Part shown: one piece after another, positions 40,004-53,992 of the stretch | Layout: every line of letters starts with the position of its first letter | Numbering within the stretch: position 1 is the first letter of the stretch | NCBI GenBank assembly: GCA_973895155.1 | Contig: OZ316896.1 | Coordinates: forward strand, 23,766,600 to 23,830,599 | From: Marsupella aquatica | Taxonomy: Eukaryota; Plantae; Marchantiophyta | Direction: 5' to 3' | Length of the DNA: 64,000 nucleotides | Notes under the pieces: generated by a model | Database searches by the model: none | What the model was told of the DNA's origin: nothing | Seen by the model: the letters and a program-made list of their open reading frames with translations, nothing else | Made by a program: the position numbers and the translations under genes

Positions 40004-40345
40004 TTGACTTTTCTTCTCGATAAGATTGGTCATTCTGTTTGTGAGGGCAACCTTGGCAGTTTGACTTTTCTTCTCGGTAAGATTGGTCATTCTGTTTGTA
40101 AGGGCAACCTTGGCAGTTTCTGATATTATGTGGCAGTTCTTAAACTTGTCGGTGAACAAAAGTACCATTGACACCTACAGATACAAGAGAACAGTGAGAC
40201 AAAATCAGCAGAAAAATGGATCCCAAACAACAAGGAGTTCCAAACTAAAATGGATCCCAACAGATTAGCCAGCGACAGCGAGTCCCAAACTCAAATGGAT
40301 CCCAAACAGATTAGCTAGCGACAAAGAGTCCCAAACTCAAACTAG
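40004..40345. repeat. Local tandem repeats (57-bp duplication; AAATGGATCCCAAACA units)
   Basis: ttgactttt cttctcg.taagattggtcattctgtttgt.agggcaaccttggcagttt occurs twice; aaatggatcccaaaca occurs three times. Confidence 0.8.
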
Positions 40346-41807
40346 TCAGTGTGCAGTAGGGGAATTTAGAAGTAAGAGGAACTGGAAGGGATCTTCAGGA
40401 CCAGAGAAAGTCAACCAGAGAAAGAGTCCTCCCATAGACATCCCATGCATGAGTTGAAATTGTTACACAAAGATGAAAAGGAAAACAAGAGAAACTGTTC
40501 TCCCCTAGACACCAGGAATGAGTTGTTCTTGCTTTTCTCTCGATCTCCAGGATGTACACCTGAGAGTCGTTACTTCTACCATCGCCGCCATAGTTTACCA
40601 CCTTAGCTCCGCTGCAGCAGACACAGTCAGCTGGTTTTTGCTGTGCAGAATTTGCGGAAGAAAAAGATCACATTAGCGGCGGAGGAGGAGGACAAGCCGC
40701 ACCTTGAAGATACTGCTTCGGTAGTGTGGGTTTATGGGTAGCGCGCCGTTGATGGTGTAGGATACGACGACGCCATGTTATTGAGCCATTTAGCAGCAAA
40801 ATAAAAAGAAGAGTGGGACTGAGCACGGTCTAAGTGACCTGATCTGAAACAAACTTAATTGTTTAATTTTTTATCTCTCAAGACGGTCGTCAGCGAATCC
40901 TACCGGAGTAGAAGCTGACTGCGAGCTAGCAAATACGAGCTAATTGATAGGTTCAATGCTCCCGACGCGAGTCAAAGGAACGTTAATAAAACTCCGTACT
41001 TCACCACTCTCCTCCGAAACTAGGAAAAAAATATCAGTCGGAGAGAACCAAGACCCTGGCAAACACATGAAGGAATTGTTTACAGATTGGACTCAAACAT
41101 TTAACAGAATCTAAATGTATAATCAAACACCTTACCAAAACTCGCAAAAGTAGATAACTCAATGTTCATTCTTTTCCGAAAACTTTCATTCATGATAAAC
41201 CTGCACAGAGACATTACGTGTCAAGTACCTAGCTTCAGTCAACGAGAATTATTCTCTCAAGCTCTTCTCCACGACAAGAAAACTACTGGAGGGCATATGC
41301 AAAATAATTCTTCACCTAAGCTAACGAGGAAATTTGAAGGAGTTATAAGAGAATTTTTTAACAGATCAAGCCAATCGCTTCATTTCGCACATCTGTGATT
41401 TCGACTGTCAAGAAGCAACTCAAAGAGCTTTATTTTCCATGTTATCTACTAAACCTAGCAATAGAATTTTTGTCAATTCTCACTATGACCAACGATATCC
41501 TTACCAATTATTTCTCAGTGAGAGTACCTGAGTGTTGGGAATGGTAGCTCCATTGGTGGCAAAATTGGTGAATGGATGAAATAGTCTTTCAGCCTGGCAA
41601 CGGCAAGATACACGCCAGATTGCACAACCTCAAACTTCCTTTCTCAGAATTACCCTCGTTGATGGCTGCAATAAAAACGTCCGGATATGGTGCTTTCCCA
41701 ACGTATGCCCTTCCTTGATCAAGCAAAAAAAGAAAACCTGATGATAGCTGGGCTGGCAGTACTGCCTTCGTCACTTTCCAGCCGCGACAACACAGCTTGC
41801 AATCTTG

Positions 41808-43863
41808 TCACCAGTAATCACCACAAGTACACACGCCATCTTTAAAATGGTGAAAGCGATTTGCATCCCTGGCTATTATCTCGCGACCGGTCACCTTAGA
41901 GATAATCTTGGTTGCCGTATGGCAATCTGAACACACCCGAAGGTTCTTATACACGCGAATCGGTTTTCCCCGAGGTATGCGCATAAGTCCGTACGTAATA
42001 GTCAACTTCTCGCTATGAGAGCAAAGAGCAAGTTCTTTATCCACCTCATCTATATTCTGCAACACAAGCTCAGTATCAGGAATGTAGCCTCCAGCCTTGA
42101 TTTTTTCAGTCAATTTCTTCAGCTCAGTATATATGGACTTCGCTTCTGGGTGAGATACATCCCCTACGACAAAGTCATGGATCTTGTTATCAACTTCAAT
42201 CCAGGTACGCCCTGGCTCCTTCCGAAGACCTATCTCTTGCATCATAGTGCGCACCAAAGACTTCTTCTTCCAATTACCAGCAGCAGCATAGATGTTCGAG
42301 AGAAGCACATATCAACTTCCCTCAACTTACCGTAAGTTCGCGCTTCTCCATTCTGTCAAAAAATTGTCTGGCGTCATCTATACTGCCAGTCCTCGCATAC
42401 ATGTGAACAAGCGCATTGCCCACACGCAAATCCGACACTAGCCCCGCTTTCCGAGCATGGCCATGAACTGCCTGAACCCACTCCGAAGCCCCCGCACTTG
42501 CAGAGGCAGAGGCATTTAGGATGGTTATGTAAGTGATTGCATTTGGCTGGTACCCTTCCAGCTTCATTTCGAGAAACAGCCGATATGCTTCCACACCATC
42601 ACCACGTTCTGCATAGAATCATGGTATTCCATGTGATAACATCGAGTATCTTCAATCTGTCAAAAATCAATCGGGCATCATCAATGCTACCACTTTTCGC
42701 GTACATGTGAACAAGAGCATTGCCAGTCCCGCTTTGCGAGCATGGCCATGAATTTCCTTCACCCACTCCAAAGCCCCGGCACTTGCAGATGCATTCAGGA
42801 TGCTCATATAAGTGATTGCATCTGGTTCGAAGCCTTCCAGTCTCATTTCGAGAAACAGTCGATATGCTTCCACACCACGACCAATTTCTGCATATGCTCC
42901 AATCATTCTGTTCCATGTCATTAGATCCCGGTTTTGCATTCTGTCGAACATAAGTCGGGCATCATCCATATTGCCACTTGAGGCATACGCACCAATCATC
43001 ACACTCCAAGTGATGAAGTTTCGATTAGTCAAATTTGCAAAAATTCGCCTTGCCTCCGTGATGCACCCACACTTCGCATACATCTGAACGAGGGCAGTCC
43101 CCACACGCACATCTGATTCGAAGCCGGCATGTCGAATGCACTCATGAACTTCTTTTCCCCATTTGAGAGCTAGCGGGCTTGTACATGCCTTCAGGATGCA
43201 GAGATATGTGACCTCATCAGGCCGCGCACCTTCTTGGCGCATTAATTTAAAAAGTTGCAATGCGGATTCACCGTGATCACTCTTAGAATATCCTGCAATC
43301 ATCATGTTCCAAGTAATAACATTCTTCTTCTGAAGTTGATCAAACACACGACGTGCATCCTGAAATTCCCCGCATTTGATATACACATTCAGGAGAGTGT
43401 TCGCCACATATGGATTCCTATCCATTCCACTCTCGATGATGCAGTCGTGAACCTGCTTGGCCGCTAAGAGGTCTTTTAGTTTCAAGCACATTTGCAGAAC
43501 TTTAACAAAAGTGTACGAGTCTGTCGTAATGCCTCGCTCTAGACGATTCAAATCAGAAATTGCTTCACAGGTGGTACGAGCACTATGCATGTGCCTACTC
43601 CCTTGTGCAGCTCCTTGACACCAATCTCTGGTGCCATCACTAGCACGAGATTGGAATCCGTTTTGAGTAATCAGTTTGAGCCTTGGGTTCACCGATGCTG
43701 GAGTTGACCAGTCATTCCAAAGTGATTTCCTTTTCATCGTACAATTCAAGTCTGGTCCTCTAGGCTTCTTCTGTCGGCACCACAACCCACGATCAGAGCT
43801 GGAAAACCTGACTGATACCAGCAAGAAATACAAGAGATTCCACGAGTCGAAATGGTTTTTCAT
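41808..43863 (-). pseudogene. PLS-E-DYW PPR pseudogene
   Basis: PLS motifs plus KEPGRTWIEV, HSEKL, CSDCH and C-terminal GDYW. Frameshifting deletions near 42722 and 42612, and a large deletion near 42330 removing P2-L2-S2 and part of E1. Homologous start ATG at 43737 (MKRKSLW). Confidence 0.9.
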
Positions 43864-44100
43864 TTTTGTTTCTTAGTCACGACCGTATTCAAGCAACAAA
43901 ACGCTCAGCAAAAGATAGCAGACCGGCATAGCTCAAATTCAGATTTAGACGGGGCTAGGATCCTACCTTGTGCACACTTTCAACACCACCTTGTACAATA
44001 TGGCTGAACTCTGGTGCACTAGAAGTCACAGCATTTGCTTTTCGGTTGTCGCGCATGACAAGTCTGAATCATCAGTGTATTTTTCATTAGAACCTTGATT

Positions 44101-44290
44101 AAAAAGGACACTAGCACACACATGGAAGGGTATACCAGGCTAATGCCCTAAACTCATATGTTCCAGTATACACAAGAAATGCACACATTTTTTGCAATCT
44201 GAACTTACAAAAAGGACACTAGCACACAATGGAAGGGTGAAGCAGGCTAATGCCCTAAACTCATATGTTCCAGTATACACAAGAAAGGGA
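44101..44290. repeat. Tandem duplication (~108-bp period)
   Basis: aaaaaggacactagcacaca...caggctaatgccctaaactcatatgttccagtatacacaagaaa occurs twice. Confidence 0.85.
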
Positions 44291-44499
44291 ACACATTCCT
44301 TTCCAATCTGAACAGCACTGACATATATCGCACTTCTTTCGAACATCATACTGCTATGACTGACTCAGAAAAGTAATGAATGCTAAGCGCATGTTGCACA
44401 AACCAAATCCTGAAACTGAGTCAAATCATAATTTTATGGCTGCACCTACTTCTTGTCACTTAGGAAAGGAGACAATTCAATTTCTAGAGCACTTATGCC

Positions 44500-44655
44500 A
44501 CTACCTACTCCCTGCTGCAGTGTCTTAAGACCACTGGGTGGTCTGCTGCCATAACTAGCACGAGATTGCAATCTGCGTTGAGAAATCAATTTGAGCCTTG
44601 TCTTCACCCATACTAGAGTTGACCAGCCATCCACCCAAAGTGCTTTTCTTGCCAT
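44500..44655 (-). pseudogene. Truncated PPR paralog: only the N-terminal targeting-peptide-like region remains
   Basis: MARKALWVDGWSTLVWVKTRLKLISQRRLQSRASYGSR aligns to the N-termini of the PPR genes at 43737 and 57771; no PPR motifs follow. Confidence 0.8.
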
Positions 44656-44681
44656 CGTATGATTAAACTCAAGTGCTCTGG

Positions 44682-45867
44682 GCCACTTCTATCGGCACCG
44701 CAACCCACGATCAGACTTGGAAAACCTGACTGATACTAGCATAAAATGGAAAAGCTTACGAGGTGCATGAATTGTTTTTGGTTTCAATACAACTTTGGTC
44801 CCTGCTCCGTGTAGCCTAAAACCAAAGTTGTATCCAAAAGTGTGGTCCTGATCAAACTTTTGAACCAAAGCTGTATTCAAAAGTGTGGTCCTGATCAACT
44901 TTGGTCCCTGGCTCCATGTGGCCTAAAACGGACCATATCCAAAATTTTCATCTCTCCTCAACATTTTGTCGAGCGGCTTTCCAGGCATTTGCTCCCACCG
45001 AAGGCCTCAGTCCCTGCAACCGATCGCCAAACCGTGGGCACGCGGGCAATCAGCTCGAGTCAACACCTCCCTGCTCTTTAACCCGAAATCCCTTGCATGT
45101 CAAATCTCTTCAAAACGGTGTCTTCACTGCTCGACGAACCACAATGCTTCGAGAGCAATCAGAGTTGGTGGTGTCTACTGGTTGTGACATGACCAGCGAA
45201 CTACCCTCAGCTGAAATCTTACAAGCTGTAGTGACAGGACCGAGTTCCCCGTCCGCGAGGCACCCGTATGGTTTCGCATTTGTCGCCAGTAGGATGTGCA
45301 TATCTCAACGCGAACCAAAATCTGAACCCAACAAACTATCTTCCAATCCTATCAGCTTGGAAGATCAAGAGGCGGAAAACGAACGACATGAGCTGCTGAG
45401 CTAGGCAGAAACAATGCAATCGCAGGCAGTTAGGTTTCGACCAATTTGCAAGCAAACGGGGCAGAAACAATGCAATCGCAGGCAGTTAAGTGTCGACCAA
45501 TTTGCAAGCATACGGGGTCGCTGCCAGCATCGACGGCACACGGATTGCCTCGTAGACTAATACAAACGCGGCATTTCGCCAATGCCAGAAATTCGGTCTC
45601 TGTCCGACAAACAACGTCCTTATCCGCAGCCAGATGCCTTTTCGTCTCCATCGACAACTACTACACAGACAAGAACCACCTTCTCCACGGCCGATGGAGC
45701 TCCGAAACACTCCTCCACGCCGCAAGCAGCTAGATGGCTTCCCTCGCCTCCTTTCCAATCAGCACCTACACCGCCTCGACCACATTCATTCCTGCATACG
45801 TACACGGTCACAAAGTCCCCAGCACAAATCACGTCGCTAATATTAATGATCCTTCTCCATCCCCCCG
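44682..45867. repeat. Segmental duplication, copy B (of 1-1144)
   Basis: Direct-orientation near-identity to 1-1144, with an extra ~42-bp duplication at 44821-44903. Similarity ends at ...ctccatcccccc. Confidence 0.9.
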
Positions 45868-46398
45868 ACAGGATTCAGCACGATTGGCAATATCGATGCA
45901 CATTAATGCATGGACATTGCCCATTGACAGTCAGGCTCCGGGTGTTACACCTTATTAATCCTTATTAGCGTCTTGGGCAGTTTGGGGACGGTTCGGGCAG
46001 ACTGTCCCTCCCGGACCATTGGCCCAAGCCACCTCCCCTGAAAGGCAGGACCCGGCTGTCCCTATCGCCGAGCCCCCCAAGTCCGGCCACCGGTGCCGGG
46101 CCACTTCTGCGCGACCGGCGACCATCCCTCTTCTCGGGTCGGCTCACGCAATGCCCTGGAATGGCCGTATCTCTCATACTTACTCCCCTTCTTCTCATTC
46201 AAAATTGTTTGTCAATACGCTTTGAAATGTTTGAGCGGGATGTACTGTCATCGGGGGAACCTAACCTGTGCACATTCCCTGGCAGTTCATTCTGTACTCA
46301 GGAATGGAGTGGAATGTCGTGCAATTACCGAATTTCCGTTTGCCTCATGCAATCTGCCACCTTGTGTTTGTCTCGTGCGTAACCTCAGGATTGCTGTC

Positions 46399-49300
46399 AT
46401 GTCCAATTTTAATCCAACTTCCGTGTTTGATCTTGCAAACTTGGAAGCCCGCCTCGATGCTTTCAAGCCACAACATGCTCCGCCTGTGCCAGTTACGAAC
46501 GGTGATCCAGACGCCCTAGATGTTGTCTTGGATGAACTGCGTGGCCTCAATATCGATGATGATGTTCATGATGTACATTCTGACAGTTTTGCGTTGCCAC
46601 AGAAATTGCCCTCTTTGCGCAAAAGCCACTCCAAATACACCAAATGCGATAACATCCAGATTCCTCCTCCAGGGGAATTTGAGTACACTACTCTTCAGTG
46701 GTATGGATCCAAGAGCAATTATGCTTGGATTCCCAAAGCCAGGCTTCAAGATTTCATATGGGGCGAGAACATGAGGCAGGATTGTCATACACAATTTGCC
46801 ACCCGACAAATGCTAGAGAACCGTATTACAAAACTGGGCCTTTGGTGAAGACCACAACTCTGTACTGTTGTTGTTTTGGCCTGGAAGACTATCGAGGTTG
46901 GAAATCAACGAAAGTCCCTGAGAATCTTAAATCCAAGGAGGGAACGGTGTTCCTCAAGAGAAAAACAGTGACATGTAATTTTTTTTACTCTTTACCCCTT
47001 TGGTGATTGTTGCTGCAGCGCACTCATACTCACTTTATCGCATCCTAGTATTTTTAGTATGCCTGTTTATTTTGTTCCCATGATCCATATATTCTGTTTT
47101 TGCAGGCATGTCTGTACGTCGCGGTTATAGATGCTCCTTCACTTGCACTAAATACAAGGACCGCCCAGGGGCTGTGATGCTAAAATGGATACGCAAAGAG
47201 CATCTGGACAGGGAGAACAAGGTCTGCCACGACCTCCAAGACCCCACAGCTTTCCAGGCAAATGCACACATTGCGCCAAGAATATCATTGAAGCTACGTC
47301 GCAAAATTGAGCGGTACCTTCGGGCAGGGTTGACTGCCCGGACAATTGTTGATGCCCACTTTGAAGAAATTCTTACAAGATGGTGGAAAGAACACCCAGA
47401 TGAAGATGCCGATGTCATCATGTCCAGGGATATGCAGCTGACGCCAAGAGATGTGCAAACAGTGAGGGATTCTATGAGACGACGGCAACCAGATTACTGC
47501 TCTGACGAAGCTCAAGCCACTAAAATGTGGGTCCTTCAAAACGAGGACCAAGTTCTATTATATCAACCACAAATCACATCTGAAAATCAGCCTTTCATTC
47601 TCATGTGGTCATCTCCCTAGCAACAAAAGAAGCTAGCGAAACTCAGGCACGATGGACCAGTAGCATTCGATGCTACTTTTGGCACCAACCACCTTGGTGT
47701 AAGGAGTGTTGCCTTACGTGTTTCTCCTTTTGCCTTCAGTCCTTACTCATCGTCACACACCATCATTGACACCACAACATGCTTATGGAATAAGAACTAA
47801 TTAACGTCAGTTGTGTATATTTGGCAGTTCCCATTTTACACGGTCGTTGTTTTCAACAGATTCCATAATGCTATTCCTGTAGCATTTGCTCTGTTGCAAA
47901 TGTACAAAGCACTGCAAGTGAGCCAGGTGTTGACCGCCTTGAAGGATTGTGCAAATACCCCAAGGTCACAAGTCAATTTGCCACTCCCTTGGACTCCTAA
48001 CTACTGGATTGTGGATGTAGCAGACGAGGAGCAACTTGCCATCAGGTACAAAAATCCCATATTCATATTAATGTGTTCATAATTGCTACATCCAGACTCG
48101 CTGAGTCATGATAGACTGCTACATGCACACACTGAGTGACAGACAAACTGAATATTAATATGTCATGTTTACAGGCAAGTATTCCCGGATGTGCATATCA
48201 CCTATTGTACATGGCACGTTCGAAGAGCGTGGACAAAAATTATTATATCGAAGGTGTTTTGTCCATTCGCCAAAGCCCAAATCAATTCGAATTTGGGAGC
48301 AATCATGTATTCAAACACTGATGTCACTGGTGAGTTTCCTGTACAATTGCACTCATACACACTGGTCCCATTGATGACAGGTTGCAGTTGGGCACTTTGC
48401 CTCTTCATATGTACAGTGCTGAAAGAATTGTGTTTTTGTACAGACATCACTGAAGAGTCTCAAGCCTTCATGGATTGATGGATACACTCCCAACCTATGT
48501 TCGTTGCCTATTATAGAAGAGAATGGCACGGGAAGGTTTGCAGTTGGGCAATAAAGTTGAGAGCATACTGTCATGCTAACCAGAATACAAACGGTGGTAT
48601 TGAGCGTTGGCATCACACTCTGGAGATGGAGTTAAAGGCCGGCAGGTATAGCATTACAGGTCGATCTATACCGTGGCTGCTAGGTTGTTTGAGGGTGCTG
48701 GAGAATCATTACTGGTGTATTGGTGCCGAGAAATTCCAGGGACGTATCAAGAACAAGACAATTGAAGGCCATGTGCATAAGTCTTTGAATAGGGCCAAGG
48801 CAATCCCAGATGATTTTGTACAAATCTTTCAGTGCGGGCTGGCCCAATGTGCATGCGTTCGAAGCACCTCTTCCAAAAATTTGGCCACAAAGGAGCACCT
48901 TGTTACTGACTGGGACAAAGATGCTTGTCGTTGTACATGTGGCTATTTGCTTCAAGGAAACGCCTGCAAACATCAGGTAAGTACAGCACCTCTATTGGAG
49001 CCACCATAACATTGGGACAATCGGGAATGCTCTCCTGCTTATGGACGGTGCCTTGTTTGTCCGTGCAGATAAAAGTTTTGTTGTTTACAAAGAAGATGAC
49101 TGAATTGGAAGTACTCCATCAACCCCGCCATCAACTTGGGACAAAGATGGGGTCATTTGCAGGTGGTCTTGACTACCATTTCAATGTTGTGCATGGCGAA
49201 ACCTCGCAATTGCCGAGTGCAGTTGCCAATATCACTCTGTGCTCAAATAATGACGACATTTGGGACACATCGCAGCCCGAGGCAACTGAGGACATTGAAG

Positions 49301-50025
49301 TTGCTCCGCCTCTAGAGAAATTCAAAGCAATTATAACCAAATGTTATATGCAGATTTCATACCACCCGACTTTTGCAAAACAAGCGTTCATTGAACTTGG
49401 TCATTGGATGGAGTCAATGTTGAAACGAGAAGCTCAACTTAATGTGGCAAAGCTTGAGCGGGAGTCGGCATGTGAGGCACTCACGGCTGCAGCAGGAACA
49501 GACAAGACTACTGTCAGGAAACAAGGATGGGTCGACAAATTGATGGGATCAAGGAGGACAACCAAGCGCAAGGGGGTGCCGTTCAATAACGCTGCCAACA
49601 ACGGGATGGCCGCGTCAAACTGTGCAAACAAAGAAAATGAAGCCCCATTTGCGCAGGGGGACTTGCGCAATTTGGTCAGTGGACCCAATGTGCTAGAGAA
49701 ACTCCACATCAAACGTAAGCCAAAGCAACTATCTTTCCAAGCTAAATTCGAGTCTGAATCCATGGGCGCCTTGGTAGACAAGTGCCAAGCCATCTCAAAT
49801 CGCCCTCATATGGTAGGCGACAAAGCAAATGGCCCCCCCGTCAAAGGCAAGAAGGACGAGAAAGAACCAAGCAACGCCACCATTTCCACCAAGCGAATTA
49901 CTAACCCAACCTTTACAGTCACCCCTGGGCCTGACAGTGCCGCTCAGCCAGTCAACCGTGGACACGATTGGGAAAATCCAGATTGGGCCCAGCCAAGCCT
50001 GGGCCATGTCACCAAACTTCAATGA
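46399..50025 (+). pseudogene. MULE-type transposase with SWIM zinc finger (At1g60560/At4g13970-like), multi-exon, degenerate
   Basis: YCCCFGLEDY, RRGYRCSF, FDATFGTN, NAIPVAF, IVDVADEE, YCTWHVRRAW, TNGGIERWHHTL, SWIM CTCGYLLQGNACKH. Frameshift near 46840 and TAG at 47618. Confidence 0.8.
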
Positions 50026-50041
50026 GCTTGTTCAGGCGAGA

Positions 50042-52788
50042 GCCCAATCAAAATACTGAGGGTCGACAATGCAGGGGAATTTACCTCGAAGACCTTTGAT
50101 GATTTATGCCTGGCTGCAGGCATCGATGTACAATACCCAGTGGCTTACGTCCACTTTCAGAATGGGATTGCTAAATCCCTTATAAAACTCCTACAAATTG
50201 GGCCTTCAACTTCATTATGTGTGCTAAAATCCTTGGGAATACTAAGTTTCTTGTGGACAGAAGTGATACTTGAGACCATTTCGATGAGGCGTCTATTATG
50301 GCCAGAAAGAATCGGAATGGTCCGCTCTGTGGGTCGATCGGCCCACAGACATCGGCATGTAATCTTTCTAAAAAATTGGGGATTTTTGTTTTTGTTGTTG
50401 CAGGTGATGGTCTCATAATCAGTTTGCCTTCGGAACATGCTAGGCAGGGGCCTTTGAGTTGAGTGGGGTGGACGGAAGGTGGTATCCCTAGCCCTTCTGT
50501 GTCTCTCAGTATTTTCTGGAACATGCTTGTGCCTGGGTGGCCTAGCCTCCTGTGCCATATTTTGGTCAGTGTTTGCCCAGGAGTGTCAGTGTGATAACTG
50601 TATGCTATGGTGATGTAGAATCCCAGGGGATAAGCCTCCGTCGTTTCTTTTATCTCTGTGCCATTTGGTGTTCTGGCGGTGATGTACAGTACCTCGCCAG
50701 TTTTACTAATGCCTGTATGTATATGCAGGTTGTTGGCTCTGATGTCTCTAAAGCTGAGGAGGTTCCAAGTGGCTTTAGGGGCAAATATTGCTGATGTGAT
50801 TTCAATTGTAGTTCCTCTAGGGAGGACTATCGTGGCTGGGCCATGACCCTAGCTCCTCGATTTGGTTTCTGCCCATAATCGTGGTAACTTCCCGGTGTGA
50901 GGGGGTTATCTCTTTGAAGTATTCCCTCTTTTTCAGGATTGAGTGGGTGGTACCACTGTTCACAATGCATGTGTTGGGGTCTTCTAAGGTGAGGTGTGTG
51001 CTTTTGTGCTCGAGCATGTGTGTTTCTGGTTGGATTTTTGGGGCGTCCAGGAATGCTCCATAGGCCTCCGATTGTGGTGGTTGGAGGCTCTTCTTGTATA
51101 AATCTACTAGGTGTATGGGGGCTCTACAGTTCTTTTGGATGTGGCCCTTTGTCCCACATCTGTAGCATGTGGGTGAGTACTCACTTCTCTCTTGTTGGTT
51201 TCCAGAGTACTGGGGTCTTGGGGCTGATCTATTGTTAATTCCCCTTTTCCAGTTGCCTCTGGTACTTCCAAAATGGGGTCTGTCACGGCCTCTACTTCTG
51301 GATGTGGGCTCTCGACTGTTCCGGTGGGGGAAGCTCCCCCTGCGGCCGCTAAAGGAGCCTCTCCCCTGAACCTTCCGCTGCCCCTTGAGTAATTACTCTC
51401 TCGAACGTTGTTGTAATATGTTTCTGTGTTTGGGCGGGGTTGTATGGAGCCAAGGGGTCTCTGTTGGGTGTTCTGGAGTAGTAGGAGCTGGTGTTTTTTT
51501 GCCAATAGCATGTGTGCTATTAGCTCCGAGTACTTGGTAAATCTCATATTCTATACTGAGTTGATAATACTAAGTTTGTGGAGTGCAGGGTGGAAAGTGT
51601 TTTCTCAATTTGTTCTTCGTCGGTTACAGGTTGTCTGCAGATGGCTAGTTGGGCCACTATTTTGAAGAGCTTGTTGTTATATTCAGCTATGGACTTGTGA
51701 TCTTGCACTCAGAGGTTCACTCAGTCATGGCGTGCAGCAGGCAGGAAAATTGTTCGGGTGTGGTCAAATCTGGAGTGGAGGTCATCCCAGAGTATTTTGG
51801 GATTATACTCGTTCATATATTGTCGCTTAAGGGAATCACTCAGGTGGTGTGTGATAAGGATAAGGGCCTTTGCCTTATCTTGGAGGGAGGGGCCAGCATC
51901 TGTTAGGATAGTGTCTTGTAAATTCTTGGCAACTAAGTGCGCTTCGGCATCTAATGCCCAGGAGAGGAAGTTGGAGCCGTCGATACTTAAGGCCTGGAAA
52001 TTGAGTTTCTCTATGGTATTAGTTGCCATTTCAGATTGAATTCAGAGGTGGTTCGTATGTTCGCTCCCTCTGTTTGTTCCTTAGAATTTTATTTAATAAA
52101 TTCCAGTCGGTATATTGGATCTTGAATTTGAATTGAGAATCGCAGAGTGATAGATAGGTTCAGGGATGCAAATCTTATGGCCGGTTCGGTCCGCGTTTGT
52201 TCATATGCCCTGTTGTCTCTTGGTGTTTTGTTGTGGTCGGATCGTTCTCCTTTCCCGTCCCCTGCTCAGCTGTTGATGGTGTGCTTTAACGTTGGCCTCC
52301 GTTCCTCTCACTTGATGTCCGTCTCAATTGGATCAGGCTTCGTTTGCGGTTTTTGGTACATCAATGTTGGCTTATGATCGCGCGCGCCTTATCTCTTGGG
52401 TTCTGCCTTTTCGTGTGTGATTTGGTAATCCTTTTTTCCCGTGGTTGGGATCCCGATTTGTGAAGTGTTCAAAGGTGGGGGGGACTGGGAAATCTATCGG
52501 GGCTATGTCCTCTCCTTCAATTGCGCGTGTAGGGATAAAATCATAAGGCGATGGCTGAAGAATCGTTTAAAAAAAATCCCTCGAGTTCTCTGGTGCTGAC
52601 AACGTGTTAAATACACCATAACATCAACACTTCCTCATTTCTCCAAGATATATAAGTACATGCTTGGTAGTACATCCAGGTGGTTGGTATAACTGCCTAT
52701 GGGTTAATCACCTAAGAATTAGGGGATTAACATAGTGGTTAGGAGATTAATCCAAGGTTAGGAGACTAAATCCTTTGGGGTTATAACA
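50042..52788 (-). mobile_element. Ty1/Copia element (Bianca-like): 5' LTR, PBS, gag, protease, part of integrase; truncated with an inverted tail
   Basis: gag EKLNFQALSIDGSNFLSWALDAEAHL, CIVNSGTTHSIL, CLACSEGK, FLERLHADVCGPI. LTR TGTTA...TAACA at 52605-52788, PBS CGTTGTCAGCAC. Integrase continuation (LRVDNAGEF) lies on the + strand at 50042-50197. Confidence 0.87.
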
Positions 52789-53992
52789 AAAACTTCATAA
52801 ACTTATAACTCCTTCCATATACTACTCAAATATTGAGCAAACTTCAGAAATTTATAACCCCTTCTCACATTTCCAGTTTGGGGTACTCTTGAACCACATT
52901 GAGCAAACAAGATCTCGTTGATTCACTTCGATCAACTATGAATAGCACATGTTGTCTCACATAAGCTACAAACCAATATTCTTTTCAATCTCCTACAATC
53001 TGTCCCCTATGTCTCATCCTTGCAAGATGGCGTACAGCCCCAAGAGAAGAGGGTTGAGCTGGCTCTTCACCTGGTTCACCAATATCAAGAGCCACTTCAA
53101 CAGTAGCATCAATGTCAAGGCCAACTCGACTCCCTTAAAAATTCACTTGATACTTCGCTATGATATTCTGAAGCTCAGGTGTAAGTTGATTTTCAAACTA
53201 TAAGCCATTGGCATTTAGAGAAAACCAGTGTTTATCATTGAATTTTGTGCATAAGACATGTCATGTATGTCAACAGAACTGTTCACCTCAGCTACAGAGT
53301 CCCTTGCCAATGTCAAAAATCAATGTTTGCCCTCGTGTTTTCCTGAATTTATCATTTTCCCAAATGTGCCCCGTGTCCCAGTCGATCCCACATTTTGGGT
53401 CTTCATTTATAATTTTTTGAAATGCAGCAAGGATAAGCCAAACGAGATGCAGATTAATTACCAGTGACATTTTGACATAGTCTTGATTCTCATTCCCTTG
53501 TGCTAGCAAATCCAACTATGATGGCCAACCCATTCCCACCATGTTATAAATCTATCAACCTCCATTCACAAAGACTGACAAGGTAAAACACAAAGGAACT
53601 TTCTAAGAAGATACATACAAAGAAATGTTGTTGGTAGTTTGGATAACTTTGGAGTGAGAGTAGTTTAGGGTAATAACATTGTCACCTCTAATTATCATAT
53701 TTTTCAATATATTAATTTATTTCCAAAATTAAGGGTGGCGTTAAATAGTGTCACTTGGCTGAAAATCAAGAGCTACCCCTAATTAGTGTGTGACACTAAT
53801 TGTTTCATGACACTAAATACTGTAAAGAGTGTAATTTTCTGGAATAAAAAGCAATATTGCTTGGAGAAGGCTCTTTCAAATTTGCTATATCTCGAATCCC
53901 AATCCTGCCACAAGTCCTGCTAATAGCAGAAATAATAGCATCTGCTTGGTATACCACGACCCCTTTCTTGCTTTGGCGCGAATAATCTGAAA

